NCBI GenBank assembly: GCA_965226885.1
Contig: CBDDEL010000015.1
Span: 640,001-704,000 of the forward strand
Source of the DNA: Opitutales bacterium
GTDB lineage: Bacteria; Verrucomicrobiota; Verrucomicrobiia; Opitutales; UBA2987
Direction: 5' to 3'
Length of the DNA: 64,000 nt
Part shown: one piece after another, positions 19,866 through 31,401 of the stretch
How positions within the stretch are numbered: position 1 is the stretch's first letter
Layout: each line of letters opens with the position of its first letter
Translations under genes and position numbers: made by a program
The notes under the pieces: generated by a model
Database searches by the model: none
What the model was told of the DNA's origin: nothing
The model's input: the letters and a program-made list of their open reading frames with translations, nothing else

Positions 19866-21432
19866 CCCGGATATTTCGTAAAAAAAGTATCGTTGATATG
19901 CTTAACTGCTGATATACAGCAGGATAGATCAATAATTAAAGCAATATCAGCGATGACAAAAGGTAAACAATTAAAGCTACAGTTGACAAGGGTAAAAGGG
20001 CGCCGTGTGCGGGTTGATTTCAAGGGCGGAGAGGTTACTTCGGATGCCGGACTGCTTTTGATCCGGGAAGTGGATCGGCAGTTGGGCTTGACCGAACGAG
20101 CGGCCCGACAGTTAGTGGACAAACGGCAGAAGGGCAAAGTACGCCATGAGGTCTTGGGGATGCTGCGGCAGCGCGTTTACGGGCTGGTGGCGGGCTATGA
20201 GGATTTGAACGACTTTGATACCCTGCGCCACGATCCATTGTTGCAAACGGTAACGGGGCGCATTGAAACGTTGGCCAGCGCGCCGACTTTGTGTCGTTTT
20301 GAAAACGGGCAGGATCGGCGGGCGGCCTTTGCGGTAAACGAGCTGTTGGTCGAACAGTTCATGGGCTCCTTTGCCGAGGAACCCGAAGAGATCATCCTGG
20401 ACTTTGACGCCACCGACAATCCGGTGCACGGGCTCCAGGAGGGACGTTTTTTCCACGGTTATTATGATCATTACTGTTTTCTGCCGCTATATGTTTTTTG
20501 CGGTGATCAGCTGCTGGTGGCCTACCTGCGGCCGAGCAAGATCGATGCCAGCAAGCATGCCGGGGCCATCCTCAAATTGCTGGTTAAACGGATTCGCCAA
20601 AGCTGGCCCCGTACGCGGATTATTTGGCGCGCCGACAGTGGATTTTGTCGAGACCGGATACTCTCTTGGTGCGACCGCAACGAAGTTAGTTACATCGTGG
20701 GGATGGCTCGCAATGCACGCTTGCAGCAAGACGCCCAGCAGTTGCAAAAGCAGGCCAAAGAATGGTTCGAACTAAGGGGTAAAAAACAACGGTTATTCCA
20801 GGACTTCGTCTATGCTGCCGATTCGTGGCGATGGCTGCGGTTGGTCATCCATAAAGCCGAACACACCGCACAGGGGTCCAACCCGCGCTTCGTGGTGACG
20901 AACCTGCCGGGCGATCCCCAGGAGCTTTACGACAAGGTATACTGTGGCCGCGGTGAAATGGAGAACCGAATCAAGGAACAGATGCAATTGTTCAGCGAGC
21001 GCACCAGCGCCCATCAATGGTGGGCCAATCAGTGCCGATTGCTCTTGTCGGCGCTGGCCTACACCTTGATGGAAGCCATGCGCCGGTTAGCCTTAAAAGG
21101 GACGAAGTGGGCGCGGGCCCAATGGCACACCCTGCGGCTCAAATTAATCAAGATCGGAGCGGTCATCGTGCGCAACACCCGAACGATTCACTTTCACCTA
21201 AGTGAGAGTTATCCTTGGGCCAGTCTTTTCAACCATGCGGCCCGCCGATTGGTGCCAACCTAAAGGGTGCATTGGTGCTGCCCCCGGCACTACCGAACCA
21301 ATGGGGGAAAGGGGGCAGTGTCTCTACACCCTGAAAAACACCTAAAAATCAAGACGATCTGCTCAAAATACAAAGAAATCCATCTCCAATAGCAATAACG
21401 AGCCAAACTTTACCCTTCATGAAATATCCGTG
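19866..21432 (+). mobile_element. IS1380-family element, copy 2 (1567 bp), head-to-tail with copy 1
   Basis: Near-identical to copy 1; TTAG on both sides; right IR has one substitution (CCGTG). Confidence 0.95.
19953..21263 (+). CDS. IS1380-family DDE transposase, copy 2
   Basis: Identical to copy 1 except a few substitutions (W>C, C>W, P>A). Confidence 0.95.
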   Translation: MTKGKQLKLQLTRVKGRRVRVDFKGGEVTSDAGLLLIREVDRQLGLTERAARQLVDKRQKGKVRHEVLGMLRQRVYGLVAGYEDLNDFDTLRHDPLLQTVTGRIETLASAPTLCRFENGQDRRAAFAVNELLVEQFMGSFAEEPEEIILDFDATDNPVHGLQEGRFFHGYYDHYCFLPLYVFCGDQLLVAYLRPSKIDASKHAGAILKLLVKRIRQSWPRTRIIWRADSGFCRDRILSWCDRNEVSYIVGMARNARLQQDAQQLQKQAKEWFELRGKKQRLFQDFVYAADSWRWLRLVIHKAEHTAQGSNPRFVVTNLPGDPQELYDKVYCGRGEMENRIKEQMQLFSERTSAHQWWANQCRLLLSALAYTLMEAMRRLALKGTKWARAQWHTLRLKLIKIGAVIVRNTRTIHFHLSESYPWASLFNHAARRLVPT

Positions 21433-22126
21433 TTAGGCGGGTGGTGTCGGTGTGGTATTCGAGTTCTTCATAACTTTCGCCATCGGCGGACTCGATAGTA
21501 ACGATGTATTTCCCTTTTTCAGGCCCGACGATATCATTGTAGCCGACTCTGGTCGATCTGGTCTCGAGTAAATGGAACTGGGCTGCGGCGGCGAATTGCC
21601 GGAGGTTGTTCAAAATGGCTTTTTCGGTGGCCGTGCGTTGTAACTGGTCCATGGCCGCCCCGTAGGAGCTAACGATTCGTTTGTAACGGGTCGAAGCCGC
21701 CGTTTTTTCCTCCTCCGTGGCCGGGGTGAGGGCGATGGTCATTTTTTGCACCGGGGATCCCACCGAACTGCTCAAGAGAATCTTGCTTTCAAGAATGGTG
21801 TACTCGCCCAAAATCAGGGTGTCGTCGAAAATGATCAGCAATCGCTCGCCGGGCAGGAATTCGTAGGTCCCGAGGGCATTGTTGACGGTGTTGACGACCT
21901 TGCCGTTTTCCCCAAAGACAAATACCGAAGTCGGCTCCTGCCCGGTGGCGCTGATCAGCCATTCGCCCTTGAACAATTCCTGCGGGCTCTTTTCATCCTG
22001 GGCCGTGGCCGCAAGTGAAAATCCGGCCAGCCAAAGGGTGAACAGGGCATGAAGATAAGGGGAGATGGGAAACGATTTACTTTTTATTCGCATCGCCATC
22101 GAATCTGGTTTGCCGCTAAGACCGAA

Positions 22127-23437
22127 TCATGTCCTTACCTGGCCTTTGCCGAAGATCTGGTATTTGTAGGTGGTTAATTCACGTAATCCCATCGGTCCGC
22201 GGGCATGCAGCCGGTCCGTGGAAATGCCGATCTCGGCCCCCAGCCCAAATTCAAACCCGTCAGTGAAATAAGTGCTGGCGTTCCAGTAAACGGTGGCCGA
22301 ATCCACTTCCCGCAAAAATTTGCGGGCTGTTTCTTCGTTATCGGTGACAATGGCGTCGCTATGGGCGGAACCGTATCGATTTATATTCCCGATGGCCTCG
22401 TCGATATCTGAAACGATTTTGACGGCCAGGATCAAGTCGAGGTATTCCGTATACAAATCTTCTTCTGTCAAGAGTTTGAAAGAAACGCCTTCCGCTCCCC
22501 GCAAAAAGCCTTCACTGGCGCTATCCGTGCGCAGCTCGACGCCTTTTTTTACCAGTGCCCGGGCTACGCGGGGGAGCAGAGCTCCAGCCGCCTCGACATG
22601 GACGAAGAGGTTTTCAATCGAGTTGCAGACACCCGGACGCTGAACTTTGGCATTTATGGTTATGCTCTCCGCCATGTCCGCATCGGCATCTTTGTCCAAA
22701 TAAAGGCAGCAAACTCCCTTGTAATGTTTAATGACAGGAACGAGGGAATTTTCGACCACAAACCGAATGAGACCCTCTCCGCCGCGGGGAATGATACAGT
22801 GGACATACTCGGCCAGCTTGAGCAAGGCGTTGAGAGCCGCGCGGTCCGTAGTGGGAATCAACTGCACGGCGGTAGCGGGAACTTCGTGCCGTTGCAGGGC
22901 CTCCCCGATAAGGGCCGCCAGGGCCGTGTTGGTGTGAAAGGCTTCCTTCCCCCCGCGTAAAATGCAGGCGTTACCACTTTTGAAACAGAGCACGGCGCAA
23001 TCGATGGTAACGTTAGGGCGGGACTCGTAAATGATGCCGATAACGCCGATGGGCACCCGGATTTTGCGGATATCCAAGCCGTTGGGGCGGACGGTTCGCT
23101 CTATCTCCTCGCCCACCGGATCGGGCAGGGCGGCCACCTGCCGGACGCCTTCGGCCATGCCCCGGATTCTCTCCGGCGTGAAGGTAAGGCGGTCCAGCAA
23201 GGCGTTGGAAAGGCCCGACTGGCGCCCAAACTGAAGATCCTTGCCGTTTGTCTCGATCAGATTTTCGACCCGTTCTTCGATCAAATCAGCCAAGGTGGAA
23301 AGCACTTCGTTCTTCTTTTGGGGAGTCAAAGCGGCCAACGCCCTGGAAGCCGAAAGCGCTTTTTTGCCCAGTGAAAGCACCATCGAATCGATGGATTCGC
23401 TTTCAGGGACGGTATCCGTTGTTGAGATTGCGGTCAT
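22127..23437 (-). CDS. proA: Gamma-glutamyl phosphate reductase
   Basis: VPIGVIGIIYESRPNVT, RPGVCN, FGLGAEIGISTDRLHARGPMGL. Confidence 0.96.
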   Translation of the reverse strand: MTAISTTDTVPESESIDSMVLSLGKKALSASRALAALTPQKKNEVLSTLADLIEERVENLIETNGKDLQFGRQSGLSNALLDRLTFTPERIRGMAEGVRQVAALPDPVGEEIERTVRPNGLDIRKIRVPIGVIGIIYESRPNVTIDCAVLCFKSGNACILRGGKEAFHTNTALAALIGEALQRHEVPATAVQLIPTTDRAALNALLKLAEYVHCIIPRGGEGLIRFVVENSLVPVIKHYKGVCCLYLDKDADADMAESITINAKVQRPGVCNSIENLFVHVEAAGALLPRVARALVKKGVELRTDSASEGFLRGAEGVSFKLLTEEDLYTEYLDLILAVKIVSDIDEAIGNINRYGSAHSDAIVTDNEETARKFLREVDSATVYWNASTYFTDGFEFGLGAEIGISTDRLHARGPMGLRELTTYKYQIFGKGQVRT

Positions 23438-23481
23438 TTCAAAACAAATTTTTATAGGTAAAACCCCGCACGGGGGCAAGC

Positions 23482-24450
23482 TCAAGGAGAGGTGTATTGG
23501 AGAAGCTCGCGGTAACGTTCTTCGACCAGGGCCGGTCCGGCCGTTTCCAGCCGGTCGCAACTGAAAGCCTCGACGGTCAGGCTGGCGATGGCGGTGGCAT
23601 AGACCATGCCTTGTTTGATCGATTTAAAATCGGTTTTGTCCACCGCGGCCAGATAACCGGCCAGCGCTCCCCCGAATGCGTCGCCGGCCCCGGTCGGGTC
23701 CTGCAAATTTACCACCGGATAGGCCGGCAGGGCGAAATAGCCGTCACGGTGAAAGAGGCAGGCACCGTTTTCGCCTTTCTTGACGATGGCCATGCGGGGG
23801 CCGAGTTCGAGGAGCTTCCAACCAGCTGAAACCAAGTTGCGCTCGCCCGTCAGCATGATGGCCTCGCTGTCGTTGATGGCCAGGCAATCGATGCGTTTGA
23901 TCAAGCTGAGCAATTCGTCGAGCTTGTTATTGATCCAAAGGTCCATCGTATCGGCCACCACAAAACACCGGCCCTGAAGCTGGTCGAGCACATGGATTTG
24001 CAGGTCGGGGCCGATATTGGCAAGCATGAGGTAGGGAGACCGGCGATAACTCTGCGGCAGTTCCGGGCGAAAATGCTCGAATACGTTGAGCTGTGTTTCC
24101 AGCGTTTCCCGGCTGTTGTAGTTTTCGTGGTATTTGCCGGTCCAAAAAAAAGTGGGCCCGGAATCATCCACCTGAAGTCCTTCCAGATCGATCCCGCGGT
24201 TGCGGAAACGCTTGATAAAAGAGTCTTCAAAATCGTTTCCGACCACTCCCACCAGGCGGACAGGCGTAAAATAGCTGGCCGCCAGACTGGCAAAGGAAGC
24301 CGCCCCCCCGAGTATGCGCTCTCCCGTCATGACGGGCGTAATGATATTGTCGAAAGCCACCGAACCCACCACGAGAACGGGTGAGGAAACATCGGAGGGG
24401 GTTTGTAGAACCAATTTTTCAGCGATTTTGGGCACAGCTATAGGACTCAA
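23482..24450 (-). CDS. PfkB-family sugar/nucleoside kinase
   Basis: VGSVAFD, LGGAA, DPTGAGDAF PfkB signature. Confidence 0.9.
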   Translation of the reverse strand: MSPIAVPKIAEKLVLQTPSDVSSPVLVVGSVAFDNIITPVMTGERILGGAASFASLAASYFTPVRLVGVVGNDFEDSFIKRFRNRGIDLEGLQVDDSGPTFFWTGKYHENYNSRETLETQLNVFEHFRPELPQSYRRSPYLMLANIGPDLQIHVLDQLQGRCFVVADTMDLWINNKLDELLSLIKRIDCLAINDSEAIMLTGERNLVSAGWKLLELGPRMAIVKKGENGACLFHRDGYFALPAYPVVNLQDPTGAGDAFGGALAGYLAAVDKTDFKSIKQGMVYATAIASLTVEAFSCDRLETAGPALVEERYRELLQYTSP

Positions 24451-24474
24451 ATTATCGGTAAGGATTTTCCAGCC

Positions 24475-24858
24475 TTAATTGGAAACGGTCAAAGATGTAA
24501 CTGTCAGCGGCTCATCGTCAATCTCAATCACCACGCTGTAATCGCCCGGTTTTTCAAAAATGAGGTTCTGGATGTCGTTAATCAAGTTGATCCTATGGAT
24601 AGGGCTTTTCGATTCAAAAGGCCGCTGAACGATGACTTTCAGCTCCTCGGTCAAGATGCCCATGGATATTTTCAAAGAGTGCTTCCCCACAGAAACGTCC
24701 GAAATAGTGAGAAACCAGACCATACGGGGGTGCCTGGCGGGAAACTTGCGAACCCGAATGTTGGAGAAAGTCCCCATGATATAATGCTTCCCCGTGGATG
24801 GGTCGATATGGACGCCATCGCACATCATCCAACAAAGCAGCTGCGGTTTTACATTCAC
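24475..24858 (-). CDS. Small beta-sandwich hypothetical protein (DUF6941-like)
   Basis: CD...D..TGK..I.GTF..I and F..PG.Y...I..D pattern; GTG start inferred. Confidence 0.65.
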   Translation of the reverse strand: MNVKPQLLCWMMCDGVHIDPSTGKHYIMGTFSNIRVRKFPARHPRMVWFLTISDVSVGKHSLKISMGILTEELKVIVQRPFESKSPIHRINLINDIQNLIFEKPGDYSVVIEIDDEPLTVTSLTVSN

Positions 24859-25002
24859 TTCAAACTCAAATCTTGACTCAAAATGGGCCAAACTCTCTTC
24901 AATTACCAACCATTTAATGGAATAAGCTGTTGAAAATTTTTTCCGGTCCCTATTCGAGTATTGCCGGTGGGGGGTTCACATTTAAGGGCCGGCTAATTCT
25001 GA

Positions 25003-26347
25003 TTGCCGATATCCAACGATTCTACCTATATTTCTACCGCTCCCGATAAGAGTTCGTTTGCTTCAGCTCTCCTACAACAACCGGCATACAAGGTGAAACA
25101 CTTGGATCAAGATACCGCCAGCCTGTGGAGGAATGGCGATTTTTTAAAATTCTGGTCTGCTCAGACGATTTCTCTCTTTGGGTGGGTGGTGACAAGGGAT
25201 GCGCTGCCCATGGCCGCCATCCTGGTGCTCTCCGCCAGCCCCATTGAAATTTCTGTTTTAATGGCGGCGAGCGCCATGGCGCCTCTCTCAATCGGGTTTC
25301 TGGCCGGTGTTTGGGTGGACCGGGTCCGGCGCAAACCGATATTGATAACCTGCGATATCGCCCAGGCCATTTTGCTCTTCACCATACCCCTGGCTGCTTA
25401 CAAAGGGACGCTTTCCATTGTGCATCTCATCCTCATCGCCTTTCTCTCCGGTTGCTTCGCGGTGGTTTCCAAAGTTGCCGATCAGTCGCTTTTGCCTTCC
25501 ATTCTGAGAAAGGATGAACTGCTGGAAGGAAACTCCAAACTGGAAATGAGCGGCGCTCTTTCCGAGGTCGGTGGAGCCTCCATGGCCGGAATATTGGTTC
25601 AAATTTTTACCGCGCCAATGGCAATCCTCATCGATGCGTTTTCGTTTCTTGTTTCCGCCGCCACTCTGGCAACCATTAAGAAAAAAGAGAGCCTCATGCG
25701 ACCAAAGCTCCAAAATGTGAAGGCCTCTTTCTGGATGGAATTCAAGCTGGGAATATCCACGGTTTGGGAGAAAGCCCAACTGAGGCACATGCTCGTGGTG
25801 CAAATGGCTTTGGCCTTCTTTGGGGGAATGGTGGGAGCGATTTATTATCTATTCGCTCTCAATGAAGCCGGGCTCAACCCGATGCTATTGGGTTTTCTGG
25901 TCGGGAGTGGCGGTGTCGGTTCACTCATTGGGGCAACCCTCGTAAAGCGGGTCAGGGACCGATTGGGATTTACCCGCGCCGTCAGTTTCGGAATTGCCCT
26001 TAATGCGGCCTTTATAGTATTCCTCTCCATGACCCAGGGAACGTTATTAATTATCATTGCCTTTTTTCTTGCGCAGCAGATTTTTGGCGATGCGGCACGG
26101 ACTTCAGTTTATATTAATTTTACCACAAACCACAAAACTGCAAATCGATAGCCCCGCGAAATTCCTCGGCAGGGTATCATCGATATTTAACGTTCTACCA
26201 TCAATGGCAGGATTGCTGGGGTTATTTGCGGGTGGCCTTTTCGGTGAATTTCTTGGGCTACGATTAACGTTGGTTATGGCGGGAGCCGGTGATTTATTGG
26301 TTGCTTTGATGGCCTATCATTTATTTTCAACGATTGGGAAACGGTGA
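25003..26347 (+). pseudogene. MFS transporter frameshifted near the C-terminus by a 7-bp duplication
   Basis: F.KFW.AQTIS, AGVWVDRVRRK MFS motif; ACCACAA x2 at 26122-26135; removing one copy restores NFTTKLQIDSPAKFLGRV. Confidence 0.85.
26122..26135. repeat. 7-bp tandem duplication ACCACAA x2
   Basis: Read directly; coincides with the frameshift. Confidence 0.9.
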
Positions 26348-26351
26348 GGTA

Positions 26352-29202
26352 ATGGCTTCAAAATATCCCCATAGATTTAGCAATTACATGAATATTCGTG
26401 TGTTTGCAGTGAGTCTTCTTGCTTTGCCATTTATGCCGGTTCTCCTGGGCCAGGAGGGCGATACTTTCCAATCGCTGCTGCAAAAATCAATCCTTGCCTT
26501 TCAGTCGGGCCGGTATGAAGCGGCAGCCGATTTCTTCGATTCACTCGAACTCCAATTTTCCGAGGAGGACGATTATAAATCGGAAAGCCTTCAGAAAATA
26601 CTCCTGCCCATGCGCGGCTATTGCCTCTTGCAAACGGACCGGGCGGGCCAGGCGGCGGAAACTTTCGAATATTTTTTGCAAACTTATGGGGGAAAAAGCC
26701 TGAGGCAGAATTTCGTAATTTACCATCTTGCCCAAGCCTATGAACAAACCGATGAGACGGAAAAAGCGATTCTTTATTTCCAGCAGTTTGAATCGGAAAA
26801 CGCTAAACGGCCCGAAGCCGCCCTGGCCGCCATGAGAAGAGCCGAGTTGCTGAAAAAATCGGGTCGAAACATGGAATCGATTCAGTTGTTCAATCGTATT
26901 TACGACGGCAGGGCGCCTATCGCAGTCAAAAGGCAGGCGCGATTGCGGGCTTTGCAAGTCTCGATAGAGGCCGGCCAACTCGACACCGCGCGGAATATCC
27001 TGCTGACCACCCGGTGGAAAATCGAAACCATGCCGGAATTGGCTGCCCTCGCCTTTGCCGCCCTCCACACCGCCGATCAATTGCTGGCTGAGAATCGTTA
27101 CTCGGAGGCCATTCGCTGCTACCGCCTGGTTCCTCCTCAAAAAGTGTTGCTCAATAAACAAGAGGAGCGATTGAGTGAATCGAGGGCATTGATGAGAAAA
27201 AACGCCCGGTTGTCCGCGGAACCCGCCAAAACGCTCTGGGAGGAGTATTACTCCGGACTCATCCGGCAGTTGGAAACGGACTTCGAGTTTTTACAAAAAT
27301 CGGAGGATTATACGGGCAGCTTTTTGCTGCGTTATGGGCAAAGTCTGCTCCTGGCCAACCGGGGCGAGGAAGCCTGGCTCGTATTCCAGAGGCTGGCGGA
27401 GGATTCCGGCTTTGCCCAAAAAATTCATACCGAGGGGCATTACCGCTGGATGTTGGCCGCGCGCTCCCTGCAAATGTGGGACGAGTTGCTCGATATCGCC
27501 CAATCTTTTCAAAACCGCTACGCAGACTCCCCTCTCATGCCAGAAGTCTTCTACCTGGAGGCGGAAATCCATAAGGAACTTCGCCATTTTGAAAAGGCGG
27601 ACTCTTTGCTGGGCGACCTGTTGGCCCGCTACCCCAACCATGCCCGGCAGCCTCGATGGTTATTCACGCGGGGGCATTGTCGCGTCCTCGGCGGGCGTTA
27701 CCCTGAAGCCAGGGAGGATCTCACCCTGTGCCTTCAAGCCAATGCGGAAACCGGTTTAGGGAACGAAGCCCGTCTCTGGCATGCCTTGTCCCGGTTTTTT
27801 GAGAAAGACTACCCAACTGCCCTGGAGGATTTGGCGGCCCTGGCGGAGGCTCTCCAAAACAGTCCCCTGGAGCCAGAAACCGCCTACTGGATGGCCGCTA
27901 CCCACTATGCGTTGAAAGATTATGGCAAGGCCCTCGAGAGGATCGATTTTTACCTAAAAACATTCTCCGGCCATCGGCGGGAAGGAGAGGCGTCCGTCCT
28001 GAGGGGCGATATTTTAATGGGACAAGGCGAGCTTTTGGGCGCCGCCGTGGCCTTCGCCAAGGTAGGCCCGGAAGCGGAAAACCTCTTTCCCTATGCCGTT
28101 TTCCAGACCGGCAAAATCTACCGCGCGATGGAAGAATACAAGCGCATGGCGGATCATTTCGAACGTTACCTGGGGCGAACGGACCTGCCGGAAAAACTAA
28201 AGAAAAGCGAGGCCCTCTACTGGACTGGCTGGGCTTATGAGCAGATGGGAGAAATAGACCGCGCCTATCCGGTTTTCCGCCAAGCCCTTGATACCTATGG
28301 TAACGATGCGGAGGCTTCTGAAATTCAAATCATATTAAAATCCCTGCACCGCCTCCATAATAAACAAGGATCTCAACCCGCCGAAACCTTCGCCCTATGG
28401 CTGCGGGAAGAGAGAGAAAACCTTGGCTGAAAAAAGGTTGACCTATCACTCGCGCCTGAACCTTTACCAGGCGAATCTCTATCGTGCCGGTAAACTACAT
28501 GATGAGGCCAGGGCCCTCATGTTGGAAACGATCCGCAACACGCCCCTCGACTCTCTGGGGGCTGAATTTCTGGGCCGGGCCGGACTTCTTCTGGTCAAAC
28601 TTGGGTTTCCTTCGGCGGAGGGATACTTCACCGCGCTGGTGGAACGGTTCCCACATCGACAGGAAACGGCCGTCGGCTATTTTGGTTTGGCCCGGTCGCA
28701 TTATAATAGCCATCATCCCGGCCTGGCGCTGCCTTGGCTGGAAAAACTGGCCGAAGAATGGCCGCTGCACCCAATCGCAATGGAGGCGGCTCTTTTGCGG
28801 GGAAAAATCCTCGTTGACCTTGGAAAACCCCGGCTGGCGATTGTGCGATACGAGGAAGTCCTCAAACTGAAATCGGCCCGCGGCCGCCCACATGCCGAGG
28901 CACTGGAAGGGATCGGCCATGCCTACCGGCTCTTGCGCGAACCGGAAAAAGCCATCGGTTATTATCAACGCATTTACACCGTATATCGGGCTTACAATGA
29001 TCTGGTGGCCGCCTCCTATCTGGAAAGCGCGAACCTTTTTGAGGAACTTTCCAACCCACGGGCGGCCCGCGACACCCTGGCCGAATTTCTCGATGATCCC
29101 CAACTAGGGGAACCGGAAACGCGATCCCTGGCCCGCCGGGAACACAACCGCCTCGATTCCATGCTGGCCCTGGATGCGAACCCGGCAGACCCATCGCCAT
29201 AA
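26352..29202 (+). pseudogene. Large exported TPR-repeat protein, apparently frameshifted near 28420
   Basis: TPR-like repeats continue across ORFs 26334..28430 and 28423..29202; two separate genes with a TTG start cannot be excluded. Confidence 0.65.
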
Positions 29203-29215
29203 ACAAAGATCGACC

Positions 29216-30124
29216 ATGAAACTTGGACCCAATCTTATAATTATCCGCATACTCCTTGTAAGCCTCGCTTTTTGCCTGTCGGTAAAAAAGGCAACTTGCC
29301 TGGTGGAATCCGAAATTATGACCCTCCTGTCGGGGCCGGCCACGGCAGTCGTAAAAAACGGCTCCACCTACAAGGGCAAATTTTCTCGAACGAACCAGGG
29401 AGATTTGCAAATTCTGATTGAATCCGGTGAAGGAGAGGCCATTTTGACCTTTGGGCCTGAGGAAATCGAAACTTTGATTTTTCCCGGCGCCGCTTTGATC
29501 TCTCTGGCGCAGGAATGGGTGCGGGACGGCAATTTGGCGGAGGCACAACCCTTGCTCCTGGCCCTCTACCGTCAAAGGCGGAGCTATTTGCCATTTTTAG
29601 CCGATTCCGATGTGCTGCTATTCACCGCTTTGCCGGAGGCTTCGCTACTCGGCGGCCAACCGGAGGATGCCATCGCCATAGCGCAAAATCTACTGCCTTA
29701 TTTAACCAGCGAACCGCTGCGGGAGAAACTCCGGGCGGCCGTGCTCCTGGGTTATTTTCGGATGGGGTTGAAGGAGGAGGCGAAAAACCTGGCCGCCGAC
29801 TGGATTGCCCGGCAAGACCTATATGGCGACTCCGCGCTCGGATGGTGGATTCAGGCCCGGATTGATTTCGAGGCAAAAAACTTCACCAGCGCACTATGGA
29901 CGAGCCTGCACCCCATAGTTTTCTCCGGTCAGATGCCGATGGCCTATTTAAGCGATTGCTATGCCCTCGCCATTGCAGCCAGCCATGAGTTGCAAATAGA
30001 GGAAAAAGCCCATTTGCTCCTCAGTGAAATGCAGACGCGGGGCTTCCATTGGCCCGAGGATGAATTCTTCACTCGTTACCGGCTTTTATATGATGAAAAA
30101 TCCCAAGACTCCACCAACCAATAG
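29216..30124 (+). CDS. Exported hypothetical protein with TPR-like helices
   Basis: Signal-like N-terminus; helical repeats; lies in the TPR-ExbB cluster. Confidence 0.7.
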   Translation: MKLGPNLIIIRILLVSLAFCLSVKKATCLVESEIMTLLSGPATAVVKNGSTYKGKFSRTNQGDLQILIESGEGEAILTFGPEEIETLIFPGAALISLAQEWVRDGNLAEAQPLLLALYRQRRSYLPFLADSDVLLFTALPEASLLGGQPEDAIAIAQNLLPYLTSEPLREKLRAAVLLGYFRMGLKEEAKNLAADWIARQDLYGDSALGWWIQARIDFEAKNFTSALWTSLHPIVFSGQMPMAYLSDCYALAIAASHELQIEEKAHLLLSEMQTRGFHWPEDEFFTRYRLLYDEKSQDSTNQ

Positions 30125-30134
30125 TTTTCCATTA

Positions 30135-30938
30135 ATGGAAGCGCCTTGCGCAAGTTCCGTTTGGCTCCTTTTTGTCGTTATTTCGGGTTTCATAGTGATT
30201 CACAATCAGGCCAACGCGATGAGGACCGCTCCCACGGTTTTTTTTGGTCAGACGGAAGGCAAAAGCCTGTGGGGATTGCTCGAACAGGGAGGCTGAGCCA
30301 TGTATCCCCTCGCTCTATGCTGCCTGGCCCTGTTTTTTTTGATCATCTACGGGTGGCGGGAAACCAGCCGGGCTAAATTTCTTCCCGATTCGATAATCGA
30401 AGAACTCCGAGCCTTGCTGCACGGACGCAACCTAAATGCAGCTGGAAAAATTCTGACACAGCACCCCAGCGTGCTTTCGAGATCCCTGCAAACAGCCCTG
30501 CAAAGGGCTTGCCCGGACATGGTGGACGCCAACAAGGAAAAAGTCGAAGCCTCCTTCGTGGAAGTGATGGAAAGCGAGGAATACAACATCGGACAATGGA
30601 TCCATTACCTCAATGTAGTGGCCGCTGTGTCACCCATGATCGGTTTGCTCGGCACCGTCAGCGGTATGATTGGGGCCTTTTCTACCATATCAAGCGGGGG
30701 CATGGGACGACCCGAAATGCTGGCAGGCGATATCGGCGAAGCCCTCATCACCACCGCCACCGGGTTGGTCATCGGCATTCCCGCCATGATTGCCTATTTC
30801 ATTCTCAAAAACCGCCTCGGCAACCAGATGCTGGCCACCGCCCAAACCGCCAACCGTCTCATCGAACACCTCGCCGACGAAATTGAACCGGTAAAAACCA
30901 GCCACCACCCACAGCAGTCTTCCGAATCAACCCTGTAA
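30135..30938 (+). pseudogene. MotA/TolQ/ExbB proton channel with in-frame TGA at 30294-30296
   Basis: LEQGG*AMYPL (Trp expected); SPMIGLLGTVSGMI and EALITTATGL motifs. An ATG restart at 30300 could yield a truncated product. Confidence 0.8.
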
Positions 30939-30971
30939 TTTAAATTTTTAAAAACTACATTGAGGCAGGGC

Positions 30972-31373
30972 ATGGAAGAAATCACTTTCGAAGAGATATC
31001 GGGGCGCCTCCATGATTGTACATTGCCTCCGGTTAACTGTGTCGTCGGCATTTTGGATGGCGGCCTGGTCCCGGCCTCCCTCCTGGCCCACCAACTAAAA
31101 GTTCCCCTCGCTTTTCTGCGCATCAATTACAGGGATGCGGCCAACCATCCGCGCCACAAACGCCCGATTTTGCTGGCAAAGTGCGATCCGTTACCAAGCG
31201 GAGGGACCTTGCTCCTGGTCGATGATGTATCCGTTTCCGGACAAACATTGCAAACAGCTAAAGAGCAACTGAGCCATTGCCGAGTCATAACCCTCGTCCT
31301 CAAAGGCAAAGCTGACTATGTAATCTTTCCGGAAATCGAAGATTGTATCAACTGGCCCTGGAAAGCGCTTTAA
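30972..31373 (+). CDS. Type I phosphoribosyltransferase-family protein
   Basis: PRPP-binding loop LLVDDVSVSGQT. Confidence 0.85.
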   Translation: MEEITFEEISGRLHDCTLPPVNCVVGILDGGLVPASLLAHQLKVPLAFLRINYRDAANHPRHKRPILLAKCDPLPSGGTLLLVDDVSVSGQTLQTAKEQLSHCRVITLVLKGKADYVIFPEIEDCINWPWKAL

Positions 31374-31401
31374 GTAAGATTAATTTGGAGTAAAATTATC
31401 G

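Larger units (their letters stand above)
18239..22099 (-). pseudogene. Exported protein with a pilin-like C-terminal domain, split by an IS1380 tandem
   Basis: 22099..21433 joined to 18282..18239 gives a 236-aa frame ending YHTDTTRL-SVTTKSGQTVNYDF*; contains KAILNNLRQFAAAAQ...YNDIVGP. Confidence 0.8.
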
